This document shows, one piece after another, positions 1 to 8,659 of a stretch of 64,000 nt of DNA. The notes beneath the pieces are model-generated. The model was not told the DNA's origin and did not search any database. It saw only the letters and a program-made list of their open reading frames with translations. The position numbers and the translations under genes are program-made. The stretch is taken from positions 1-64,000 of the forward strand of contig CAZBBK010000009.1 in the NCBI GenBank assembly GCA_964490075.1. The letters run 5' to 3'. Source of the stretch: an uncultured Gemmatimonadota bacterium. Lineage in GTDB: Bacteria > GCA-2686955. Every line of letters starts with the position of its first letter. Positions within the stretch are counted from its first letter, which is position 1.

Positions 1-6
1 TCAAGT

Positions 7-55
7 GGGTCAATTCTCGTGAGCGGACCCGGGTCAATTCTGGCGAGCGTCTAAG
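7..55. mobile_element. Probable terminal region of an IS21-family-like insertion sequence (element body would lie left of the window)
   Basis: Two 19-bp direct repeats GGGTCAATTCTnGnGAGCG at 7-25 and 31-49 (24-bp period, 17/19 identical). Tandem subterminal repeats of this kind are typical of IS21-family ends. No transposase is in the window. Confidence 0.45.
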
Positions 56-63
56 TCCACCAC

Positions 64-893
64 ATGAGGGACCGCGGCAGCAACTCGAACAAGGGTGCAC
101 GGACCCTGGTGCAGGAGGTCGGAAACTGGGTCTCTGGAGATCGGTTCTGGGACCGAGACATCGAGATAGCGAGCCTTATCCGCCTCTTGAGCGAGGGGGC
201 GCACGTGAGCATCGTGGCGCCGCGCCGCGTGGGCAAGACCAGCTTGATGCGAGAGGTGGCCGGTCGTCTGACCGAGGAATTCACTTGTCTTCAGGTCGAC
301 TTGCAGAAGGCTCGTCACGCCGGTGATGCGGTGGTGGAGCTGAGCCTCGCCACCCGACCCCACCGAGGCCTCTGGAGCAGAACCAAGGAGGTGTTTCGGA
401 ACGTCCTGGAAGAAGTGGATGAGATGAAGGTCGACGATGTCGCGATCACGCTTCGCAGCGGAGTCACTGGCGAATGGCAGCGCCGAGGAGACCGGCTCTT
501 GGATGCGATCGCTTCGGGAGAGAGGCCATGCACGGACGAATTCGTCTCCTGGTTGCGCGCGGCCACGCGGAGCTCAGTCATTTCGAGGAGCGCTTGAATA
601 TGGTCTTGGGATCGAAGCGCTTGCCTCTTGCTCTCGAGCTGCTCACCGAAACGGCGGTCGTTGGAGTCCTCAGTTCCGATGCAGCTCGATTCTTGCACGA
701 CGAGCGCTGCGCGGAAGTCGAAGGTCGTGGGGAGCTTCGTGACGTACTGGATCTGCTGGAGCACGACGGCTATCTACGTCGAAGCGACGGGAGCTATCTC
801 TTCGTCAGCAAGCTGGTCGCGGATTGGTGGCGGCGGCGTTTCGGGTTCGGCTATCGACCCGTGTCGCGGCGTCGTGGCGAGGACGCAACATGA
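64..893 (+). pseudogene. P-loop ATPase (AAA/STAND-like, C-terminal winged helix), disrupted by internal deletion/frameshift
   Basis: Frame 64-597 has Walker A APRRVGKTS but no intact hydrophobic Walker B (ERPCTDE). Frame 474-893 carries a typical C-terminus (RGHAELSHFEERL...LLEHDGYL...YLFVSKLVADWW). The frames join at about 556-567. Confidence 0.7.
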
Positions 894-3451
894 AACACAA
901 TCCCGGCTTCTTGACCGATCAGCAGCTCGTCGACAACTTCGTGGTTCGCCAGCACGAGCTCGAGCGGCTCTTGGCGATCATTCGGGCAAATACTCGATCG
1001 GCGAATCAACACGCGTTGGTCATCGGCAAACGGGGATCGGGCAAGACCACGTTGGTGCGACGGGTCGCGGCGGAGCTGCGGCGGGATCCCAGCTTGGGGG
1101 ACCTCTGGTTTCCCCTGGTGTTCGGTGAAGAGAGCTACCAGGTGGCGACAGCGGGCGAATTGTGGTTGGAGGCGTTGCTGCACCTGGGCGACGCTGCGGA
1201 CCGCAACCGCTGGGGCAAGATACGTCAGGAGCTGCTGCGAGAGCCCGACGACCGGCGCCTGCACGACGCAGCCTTGGCCCGGCTGCTCGATTTCGCGGAT
1301 GAAGCTGGGAAGCGCCTCTTGCTGGTGGTCGAGAATCTGCAGGATGTACTGGGCAAGCAGATGCCCGACAAAGAGGGTTGGACTCTGCGACACACGCTGA
1401 TGAACGAGAGTCGAATCATGCTCCTGGGGACGGCCACCGGCCGTTTCGAGGAGATCGATTCACCCGGCCGTGCCACCTACGAGATGTTCGATGTGCTCGC
1501 GATCGATCCCCTCGACGAGCAGGAGTGTCGCGATCTGTGGCTGGCAACGACAGGAGAGGAGCTGGAGGGGCGGAACATACGGCCCATGCAGATCCTGACC
1601 GGCGGGAATCCGCGTCTCCTGGTGATCTTCGCCGAGTTCTCCCAAAACCACTCCTTTCGCACGTTCAAAGCCGATCTCTATCGGCTGGTCGACGATCTCA
1701 GCGACTACCTCAAGGCCAACATCGAAGCCCTCAGCCACGACGAGCGGCGTGTATTCACAACGCTCTGCGACCTTTGGCAGCCCAGCTACGCGAAGGAGGT
1801 GGCCAACCAGGCGCGCTTCGATGTGAACAAGTCCAGCATGCTGCTGGGGCGGCTCTGTGATCGTGGTGCGGTAGAAGTCGTGGGCAGAGCCGGACGGGCG
1901 AAGTGTTACCAGGTGGCGGAGCGCTCCTACAACATCTACCACGTCATGCGCCGGCGCGGCGGCGCTCTCGCCCGCCTGGAGGCGCTGGTGGATTGCATGG
2001 CGCATCTCTATGGGCGGGAGCAGTTGGTGGAATGCGCTTCGTGGATCGCCGACGAAGCGTGTGACGCGCCACCCGGAGATCGGCCGGAGCTGCTGGCGGC
2101 ACTGGAGATGATGCTGCGGCGCGTGGGCGAGCTGCGGGAGGCGATCGCCGCGGCGTTGCCGGAAAAGCTGTTCGAGTTGGAGGGGGTTCCGGAGGGGGTG
2201 TTGATGCTGCGAGAGCGAGCGAGTGATGCGAAGGGGCCGCGGGCGGAGGACGAGGTAGACGAGTTTGCAGCTCTGCTGGAGTTCCTGGCGCCCCTGATCG
2301 ACGGTCTCACGAAGGGGCATCTGGGGACAGCGGAGTTCGTTGCCGAAGTCGGCGCGTCGGATCAGGAGAGGTCGTTGCTCACGGTGGCCTGGGCGGTTGC
2401 CGCGGTCGGTTGCCATCAGGTCGACAATCGCACGGCGACCGAGGAGATGGTTGATCTCGCCGTAGGAGCGGCCAGCAACACTGAGCGCCCGGATCTCGTC
2501 TTGTGCGCCGCCTTGCTCGGACGGATCGAGCCGGAGTACGCGGAGCGCCTCTTGGTAGCCGGAGCGAAGGAGGCGGACTATCCAGCAGAGGCCTACCTGC
2601 TATACGGGCTGTGGCTGCAGGAGCAAGGTCTTGACCGGAGAGGTGAGGCTACACTTCGGCTTGCGGTGGAGAACGCCGCCGGAGCGACCGATAGGGGTGC
2701 GGCTCTTCACCAGCTCGCGGTGCTGGTTGCCGCTACGGAGGACCGCCTTGGCGAAGCCGCGGACATCTACCGCGAATTCATGCGGCAGGGTGATTGCTCC
2801 GGAAGTGAGGCTGCAATGATCGGGGAGATGGCGGCTTTGGGGTCCTTCCGACTGGCCGGCCAGTGCTTTGCGGCCCTACGTCTCATGGACTACTTCGGAG
2901 CAAGCCCAGAGCAAGTCGCGGTCGCGGTCAACAAGCTCGTCGGTCGGGCCGAAGATCCCGGCGCATGTCATCGCGAAGCCAGCACCGCCCTTTCCCTCTC
3001 GCGGCGCCGGGAGGTCCTCAAGCTCGCTCTGGAGTCCCACCAGCAGACCCTCGAGATCGGTGCCGATGCGCGCCTTTCCCCACTCGCGGAGCTCCGCATC
3101 CACATCGGCCTCGGCGATACCCCCTCAGCCCTTGCGGTCTGCGAGCGCCTGTTCGACGAGCCCGAAGCCTCGATACCTGATGCGTATCAAACGCTCCCCC
3201 TGCTGGTGCGCCTGGCCGCCGCGGCGCCAAGCCCGATCCTGAGGCTCCTGGAGCGTTTGCCGGTCAAATGCGGTCTCGAGCCTCTCGCCGTTGCGGTGGC
3301 TCTTGATCTGGAGGAAGAGGTGCGGGCGCCCGCGGAGATGGTGGAAGTGGCGAGAGACCTGCTGGCGGATATCCGCGAAGCACGTCGAGCGGCGCAGGCC
3401 GGAGGCCCGGCACACGATGTCTCTCGAGAAGATGCTGGAGCCGCGGGCTGA
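890..3451 (+). CDS. STAND-like ATPase with winged-helix and C-terminal helical/TPR-like repeats
   Basis: ATG at 890 overlaps the upstream stop (ATGA). Walker A GKRGSGKT, Walker B-like LLLVVEN, GGNPR motif, wHTH-like AKEVANQARFDVNKSSMLLGRLCDRGAV, then helical repeats. Confidence 0.8.
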   Translation: MKHNPGFLTDQQLVDNFVVRQHELERLLAIIRANTRSANQHALVIGKRGSGKTTLVRRVAAELRRDPSLGDLWFPLVFGEESYQVATAGELWLEALLHLGDAADRNRWGKIRQELLREPDDRRLHDAALARLLDFADEAGKRLLLVVENLQDVLGKQMPDKEGWTLRHTLMNESRIMLLGTATGRFEEIDSPGRATYEMFDVLAIDPLDEQECRDLWLATTGEELEGRNIRPMQILTGGNPRLLVIFAEFSQNHSFRTFKADLYRLVDDLSDYLKANIEALSHDERRVFTTLCDLWQPSYAKEVANQARFDVNKSSMLLGRLCDRGAVEVVGRAGRAKCYQVAERSYNIYHVMRRRGGALARLEALVDCMAHLYGREQLVECASWIADEACDAPPGDRPELLAALEMMLRRVGELREAIAAALPEKLFELEGVPEGVLMLRERASDAKGPRAEDEVDEFAALLEFLAPLIDGLTKGHLGTAEFVAEVGASDQERSLLTVAWAVAAVGCHQVDNRTATEEMVDLAVGAASNTERPDLVLCAALLGRIEPEYAERLLVAGAKEADYPAEAYLLYGLWLQEQGLDRRGEATLRLAVENAAGATDRGAALHQLAVLVAATEDRLGEAADIYREFMRQGDCSGSEAAMIGEMAALGSFRLAGQCFAALRLMDYFGASPEQVAVAVNKLVGRAEDPGACHREASTALSLSRRREVLKLALESHQQTLEIGADARLSPLAELRIHIGLGDTPSALAVCERLFDEPEASIPDAYQTLPLLVRLAAAAPSPILRLLERLPVKCGLEPLAVAVALDLEEEVRAPAEMVEVARDLLADIREARRAAQAGGPAHDVSREDAGAAG

Positions 3452-3540
3452 ACCTGGCGAGACCGGCACACTCGGGAAGATGTCGGCGGGAAACCACGGT
3501 GGAGGCGGCGGGGCGCGCCTCCGCCTGCTCGCGGCCGGCG

Positions 3541-3945
3541 TCAAGTGGGCTCTCGCCGCCCGTTTCCAGCGCCCATCCACCCCACCACGAGCCACGCACC
3601 CCCCAGGCTCAGCAAGCTGGCGGCCAGGTCCATCCAGTCGAAGGTGTAGGAGAGGCGCGCCAGGATGCCGGGGCGTGGCACGAGCTGCAACAGCTCCAGG
3701 CCGGCGGCGATCGCGGCCGTGATCAGGGCCGACTGAAGCGGTGTCAGGCGGGTGCGCTCGCTCTTGCTCGAGAGCAGCAGGAAGAAGAGCCCGGGGGGGC
3801 CGAGGACGCTCGGGGCGATGCCGATCGAGGTTGCCGCGGCGGCTTCGGGAGAGAGGCGCAGCAGCTTGATCGGGATGATCAGGAGCAGGCAAGCCGCACC
3901 GATCCAGCCGAAGAGATCGCGTCTTGCGGGGCCGATCGGATCCAT
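3541..3945 (-). CDS. Small integral membrane protein (about 4 TM; VanZ/DUF2809-like)
   Basis: Hydrophobic segments and an ELLQ...TFDWMDL motif. Confidence 0.6.
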   Translation of the reverse strand: MDPIGPARRDLFGWIGAACLLLIIPIKLLRLSPEAAAATSIGIAPSVLGPPGLFFLLLSSKSERTRLTPLQSALITAAIAAGLELLQLVPRPGILARLSYTFDWMDLAASLLSLGGAWLVVGWMGAGNGRREPT

Positions 3946-3996
3946 CCGCCTCCTGGGCTATTATTCGCGCCTGATGAGACACGCGAGGATAACTCA

Positions 3997-5430
3997 GTGA
4001 CCAGGTCCGACCCCAACGGCTTTCCGCTCCGCGCCGCCCTCACCGAACGGCTCGAGGAGCACTACGGCCTGAGCTGGCCGGGCAAGGGGCGGGCCGCGGC
4101 GCTCGCGGACACCCCTCCGAGCGGCGTCTTGCGTCCCCGTCCGACCGAGAGCGTCAACTGGGAGGCAACGCGCAACCTGATGATCGAAGGCGACAATCTC
4201 GAGGTCTTGAAGCTGCTGCGGGAGACGGACTCGGAAACCGTGTCGCTGATGTACATCGATCCGCCCTACAATACCGGCAACGATTTCGTCTATTCGGATC
4301 GCTTTCGAGGCGCCAGACGCGACCATCGCCAGCCCGCGGCACACCTGCACAGCGCCTGGCTGAACATGGTCTATCCGCGGCTCCTGGTGGCGCGCGATCT
4401 GCTGCGCGACGACGGAGTGCTGGCGGTGAGCATCGACGAGCACGAGTCGCACAATCTGCGCCATCTGCTCGACGAGGTGCTGGGCCCGGAGAATTTCATC
4501 GCCGAGCTCTGCGTCTCGCTCAACCCCAAGGGGCGTCAGCTCACCCGCTTCTTCGCCACAGCCCACGAGTACGTGACACTCTACGCCAAGAACGTCGCCA
4601 CCTGCGCACTGCAGGCGAGCTGCGCCAGCCTGGTCGACAGGCGCGACTTTCCGCGCAGCGATGACCGCGGGCGCCATCGACTGCTTCCCCTGCGCAACAC
4701 CAACAAGAAGTTCAATCCGACCACTCGCCCCAACCTCTACTTCCCACTCCACGTCGATCGCGCCGCCGGAACTGTGTCGACCGTCTCCGGGCCGTCCACG
4801 GTCGAGATCTACCCGGTCTTCGGCGACGGCAATCCCGCGGTCTGGCGCTGGTCTCGATCAAAGGTGGCGCGACAGTCCGACGAGCTCCTCGGTCGCCGGG
4901 TGCGGGGGCGCCTGGGTGAGCGCACCGACGTGTTCCAGAAGGACTACCTGGGCACCGGCCGCAAGAAAAAGCTCAAGTCGATCTGGCTCTCCGACCGGAT
5001 CGGCTCCACCGACGTCGCGGTGGAGGAGCTGAAAGGACTGATCGGCCCGGTCTTCCAGACCCCCAAACCGACCGCCCTGATCCGCGCGCTGATCCGCCTG
5101 ATGCCGCCCGACGCACGGGTGCTCGACTTCTTCGCCGGATCGGGCACCACGGGCCACGCGGTGATGGCCCAGAACGCCGCCGACGGGGGCAGCAGGCGCT
5201 ACATCTTGGTCCAGCTCCCGGAGCCTCTGCGCGTCGAATGCGCCGAGCAGAGGGCCGGCCGGGAGCTCTGCGAGCGGCTCGGGCGCCCCGCCAACATCGC
5301 CGAGCTGACGAAGGAGAGGCTGCGCCGGGCGGCGCGCGCGATCGCGGAGGAGCACACCCGCTGCGCGGCCGACCTGGGCTTTCGAGTGTTCGAGCTGGAC
5401 CGGCCCGGGCAGCATCAGGGAAATGTGTAG
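3997..5430 (+). CDS. Site-specific DNA adenine methyltransferase, type III Mod-like, orphan
   Basis: GTG start after GAGGA. Motifs NLMIEGDNLEVLKLL, IDPPY, HSAWLNMVYPRL, PKP, DFFAGSGTT and GFRVF. No res gene is adjacent. Confidence 0.9.
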   Translation: MTRSDPNGFPLRAALTERLEEHYGLSWPGKGRAAALADTPPSGVLRPRPTESVNWEATRNLMIEGDNLEVLKLLRETDSETVSLMYIDPPYNTGNDFVYSDRFRGARRDHRQPAAHLHSAWLNMVYPRLLVARDLLRDDGVLAVSIDEHESHNLRHLLDEVLGPENFIAELCVSLNPKGRQLTRFFATAHEYVTLYAKNVATCALQASCASLVDRRDFPRSDDRGRHRLLPLRNTNKKFNPTTRPNLYFPLHVDRAAGTVSTVSGPSTVEIYPVFGDGNPAVWRWSRSKVARQSDELLGRRVRGRLGERTDVFQKDYLGTGRKKKLKSIWLSDRIGSTDVAVEELKGLIGPVFQTPKPTALIRALIRLMPPDARVLDFFAGSGTTGHAVMAQNAADGGSRRYILVQLPEPLRVECAEQRAGRELCERLGRPANIAELTKERLRRAARAIAEEHTRCAADLGFRVFELDRPGQHQGNV

Positions 5431-6971
5431 CTGACTACCTCGCTGAGCGCGCAGCTGGAAGCATCGGCTGCCTGCAAGTAGACCGTGAGGCCGCTGGCCG
5501 GCCCGGGCACCAGGACCGACCAGGTGGCAACACCGTTGCCGTCGGCCTGGGGAGTGCCGAAGAGAGTCGGATTGCTCAACCCCAGATAGGTGCCCGGGCA
5601 CTGCGGGAGGATCTCCCACGAGCCGGGCGTGAGGCTGTAGAAGAGGCCGACGGTGCCGCCCGGCGTGGCGCCGCGCACGCTGAACACACTGCTCTGTCCC
5701 GCCAGCCCGGGGGTCGGTTCGGCGAGATCGAGCGCGCTGCCGCAGCCATCGTCGAGGCAGCCGCGGTTGTCTTTGTGGGTGATGATCTGGGCGATGGCGT
5801 CGGTGCCGAAGCTGGTGACGATTCCCGAGCAGCCGCCGAGGCAGGGACACATGATGCGGCAGCCGCCACAACCGAAGCAACCGGAGCAGCAGTGCTCGGC
5901 CGACCAGTTGTGGCCCAGCTCGTGGGCCATCAGACCGACCCGATTGGTGTAGTTGCTGGTGTAGCGTTCGGTCAGGCCGTAGCCGAAGCTGGACTTGCAG
6001 ATCGAGCTGAGGTAGGCGATCCCGATGGTGCCACCGTTCAGATTGCGGCCGGTCACCAGGTGGGCGACGTCGCGACGGATATGAGTTTGCTCGGCCTTCC
6101 AGTGGTCCTTGAACTGGTCGAGGAGCACGTCGGGGCTGCTGCTCGTGTAGGGATCGTTGCTGGTGGTGCGGACGATGATGTGGGTGAGGTCGTAGCAGAT
6201 GCCGGTGTCGCTCTGGTAGATCGCCTCGACACCGTTGAGCACGTTCTCGATGTCGGCGACGGTATTGGCGACCGACCGGCCGTTGTCGGCGTAGAATTCG
6301 TAGTCGGCATCGAAGGCGATCTCGGCGGTCTTGTCGTCCTCATCGCCCTGGACGATGGGCGCCGGGAGCTGCGTGCCAGGGGAGAAGGGGCTCGATGATT
6401 CGAGCTGCCCCGGGAGCCGGAATCGCCCCGGCAGCGACTGCGCCGCACCGGTGCCGCAGTGGTGATCGGTCGGCAGGATGTCCGCATGGCGGTAGACGAC
6501 ATGCTCCAGCGGCGCGGCGCCGTCGAGGTACTCGGAGAGCGGTTCGACGGTCCAGAGCTCACCATCGGCGAGCTCGATCCAGGCGCTGAGGCGGCCGTCG
6601 ATCAGCGATGCGGCGACCCGGCTGCCCGGGCGTCCGGCGACCGACCCGCGGTAGGTGGCGGGGGACGGGATCGCGGCGCGCACCATCCGCCCCTGGTCGT
6701 CCTGAATCGACACGGCGAAATCGGTCGCCCGCAACGAGTAGGGCTCCAGCAAGAGCACCTGCTCCTGGCCTTCGAGACGCACGAACGGCGTCAGCTCACC
6801 GTCGCCGCGAGGTTCGAGGCCGGCCAGGAGCTGGATGTCCCAGGAGGCGAGCGATGCCTCGAGGGTGGTGATCCGCCCCCCGGCGACCGGAGCGGCGGGC
6901 GCGGAGGGAGCGAGAAGGAGGATCGCTGTGGCGCACATGGACGCTGCGAGGGCGAATCTGCCGAGACTCAT
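5415..6971 (-). CDS. Secreted M12/reprolysin-like zinc metalloprotease with C-terminal beta domain
   Basis: Signal peptide, prodomain ending HHCGT (cysteine-switch-like), HELGHNWSAEH zinc motif and Met-turn (IM). Confidence 0.88.
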   Translation of the reverse strand: MSLGRFALAASMCATAILLLAPSAPAAPVAGGRITTLEASLASWDIQLLAGLEPRGDGELTPFVRLEGQEQVLLLEPYSLRATDFAVSIQDDQGRMVRAAIPSPATYRGSVAGRPGSRVAASLIDGRLSAWIELADGELWTVEPLSEYLDGAAPLEHVVYRHADILPTDHHCGTGAAQSLPGRFRLPGQLESSSPFSPGTQLPAPIVQGDEDDKTAEIAFDADYEFYADNGRSVANTVADIENVLNGVEAIYQSDTGICYDLTHIIVRTTSNDPYTSSSPDVLLDQFKDHWKAEQTHIRRDVAHLVTGRNLNGGTIGIAYLSSICKSSFGYGLTERYTSNYTNRVGLMAHELGHNWSAEHCCSGCFGCGGCRIMCPCLGGCSGIVTSFGTDAIAQIITHKDNRGCLDDGCGSALDLAEPTPGLAGQSSVFSVRGATPGGTVGLFYSLTPGSWEILPQCPGTYLGLSNPTLFGTPQADGNGVATWSVLVPGPASGLTVYLQAADASSCALSEVVSYTFP

Positions 6972-7090
6972 CGGAAACGCTCCGTTCGGATTCGCCCCGC
7001 CGAAACCTGGGAGAGATGGGCGGAGCGCGGGACGGGGGGGACTGTGCGCTCAGGATAACCGCGCGCGGCGCTCTGACGCCGAGGAGACGG

Positions 7091-7885
7091 TCAACCCGCG
7101 GCGGCACAGCCGCTGGACTGGTGCAGCCATTCGCCGCAGTCCCAGCCGAGCTGCGCTTCGAGCGCCATGATCTCCGGCTCCAGGATCGACCGCAGGTGCC
7201 GGAATTCCTCCTCGCTCATCGCGCGCCGGTAGGAGGTGGCATTCACGGTCTTGGCGGCGACTCCGTCGATGCGACGCACGCCGAGGAAGTCGCAGATCGT
7301 GTCGAGGGTCGCCTGGGGACGGTGGATCAGCTCTTCGCTGCGCAGGATCAGCGTCTGCTCTTCTCCGAAGTAGTGCCAGACACGACGGATCTGCTCGCTG
7401 TAGCGGCCGCGATCGACGTACGAGAAGTTGGGGTGCTGCAGAGGTCGCTGCGCGCGACAGCGCTCGCGTTCCTGGTCGATCGCCGCCAGGAGGGGCAGCC
7501 ACTCCGCCCCCCGCTGCCGCTCCATGGTCCAGTTGGAGTAGGCGCGCTCGATCGGGTTGCGCAGGAGCAGGATCCACTTCGTCGCCGAGTTGTAGGTCCA
7601 GATCCTGCGGGCCGCCGGCCACCAGTACATGTAGGTGGGCGTCGCTTCGCCGCGCAGCAGGTCGCGGCGCGTCCAGTCGAAGAGGGCGTGGTACGGGGAG
7701 ATGTTGACCGTCTTGCCCGCAAAGAATCTTTCCCGATCGAAGAAATGGGGCTCCTTGGCCGCTGCCATTGCGAGCTGGGGATGCAGGCGCAGGTAGTGGT
7801 CGAGCGCGGAGGTGCCCCCTTTTTGGGTTCCGCCGACGACGAAGTTGATTCGCTCCGGTCCTGTCGATTTGCGATGTTCATCCAT
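7091..7885 (-). CDS. PAPS-dependent sulfotransferase
   Basis: 5'-PSB GTQKGGTS, KEPHFFD, GEATPTY and 3'-PB LRNPIERAYS. The start could be 7912. Confidence 0.88.
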   Translation of the reverse strand: MDEHRKSTGPERINFVVGGTQKGGTSALDHYLRLHPQLAMAAAKEPHFFDRERFFAGKTVNISPYHALFDWTRRDLLRGEATPTYMYWWPAARRIWTYNSATKWILLLRNPIERAYSNWTMERQRGAEWLPLLAAIDQERERCRAQRPLQHPNFSYVDRGRYSEQIRRVWHYFGEEQTLILRSEELIHRPQATLDTICDFLGVRRIDGVAAKTVNATSYRRAMSEEEFRHLRSILEPEIMALEAQLGWDCGEWLHQSSGCAAAG

Positions 7886-8034
7886 TGGCAGGGGCCACTC
7901 CTGCAGGTCCACCTCTCACGCGATTCTGTCCGATTCATCGGACGATCGACGCGGCCTTCTTGACCGGTTTCTGCGGAATCGAGCGCGGGACCGGGCGCGG
8001 GGTGGGACGCCGGGCATGGGGACCCGGCGCCAAT

Positions 8035-8150
8035 CGCGTCACAACTCCTCGATCTCTATCGAGAGTGCCGAGTTGCGACGCGAATACGGTCGTAACTCCC
8101 GACTCTCATTCGAGATCGGGGAGTTGCGTCGCGAAAAGGCGTCGTAACGC
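8035..8150. repeat. Composite imperfect palindrome built from alternating-orientation units
   Basis: Arms 8035-8079 and 8089-8133 are reverse complements at 35/45 positions. The sub-motif GAGTTGCGWCGCG occurs at 8070 and 8121, with degenerate inverted copies at 8035, about 8086 and about 8139. Confidence 0.7.
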
Positions 8151-8659
8151 GCGTCTCTGGTCGCGGAGCCAGGCTTTGTGTCATGGATGGGGGCGATCCA
8201 AGGGCCTCCGCTCCGCGCCAGCAGGACCACTGAGAGCGCGACGCATGAAGCCCCCGCGGCCAGCGTTGCGGCCCGATCGGCGATCGGGGCTCTCGCGGAC
8301 GTTGGAGCGCCTGCCGCGGAGGAGCGCGGCGGAGGCGCGTGGCGTCGAGGCCCGACCGGGAGACGCCCGGGGAAGACGCGCCCACTCCATCCCACTCCGT
8401 CTTGAACAGGGCTGCCCGACGTTTCGATATGAGACCGCATCGTCGACATCCCCGGGGGGGAACCGCTCTCGACAGCGGCGCTTCTCGTGCCCCCGCCCCC
8501 GCCCCGGGCCATGCCCGACTCCGATGCCCGAATCGGACCTGGGCAGGGCATGGGCAGGTTTCGTGGCGTTCCGGCCGCTCCCCGCGTAGAGCAGGCGCTC
8601 TATCGAAAGCTCTGGCGGAATGACGCCCCGGTGCCTCCAAGACGGGAAAGAGCTTACCC

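Noticed and set aside
556-600. Programmed ribosomal frameshift in the first ATPase
   Set aside because: There is no slippery heptamer, and joining the frames still leaves the ATPase core missing.
3499-3996. Long N-terminal extension of the methyltransferase ORF
   Set aside because: It overlaps a credible opposite-strand membrane gene. Mod similarity and an RBS begin at GTG 3997.
3997-6971. Complete type III restriction-modification system
   Set aside because: There is no Res subunit; the next gene is a convergent protease.
8035-8150. CRISPR mini-array
   Set aside because: The units alternate in orientation, the spacers are inverted copies of each other, and there are no cas genes.
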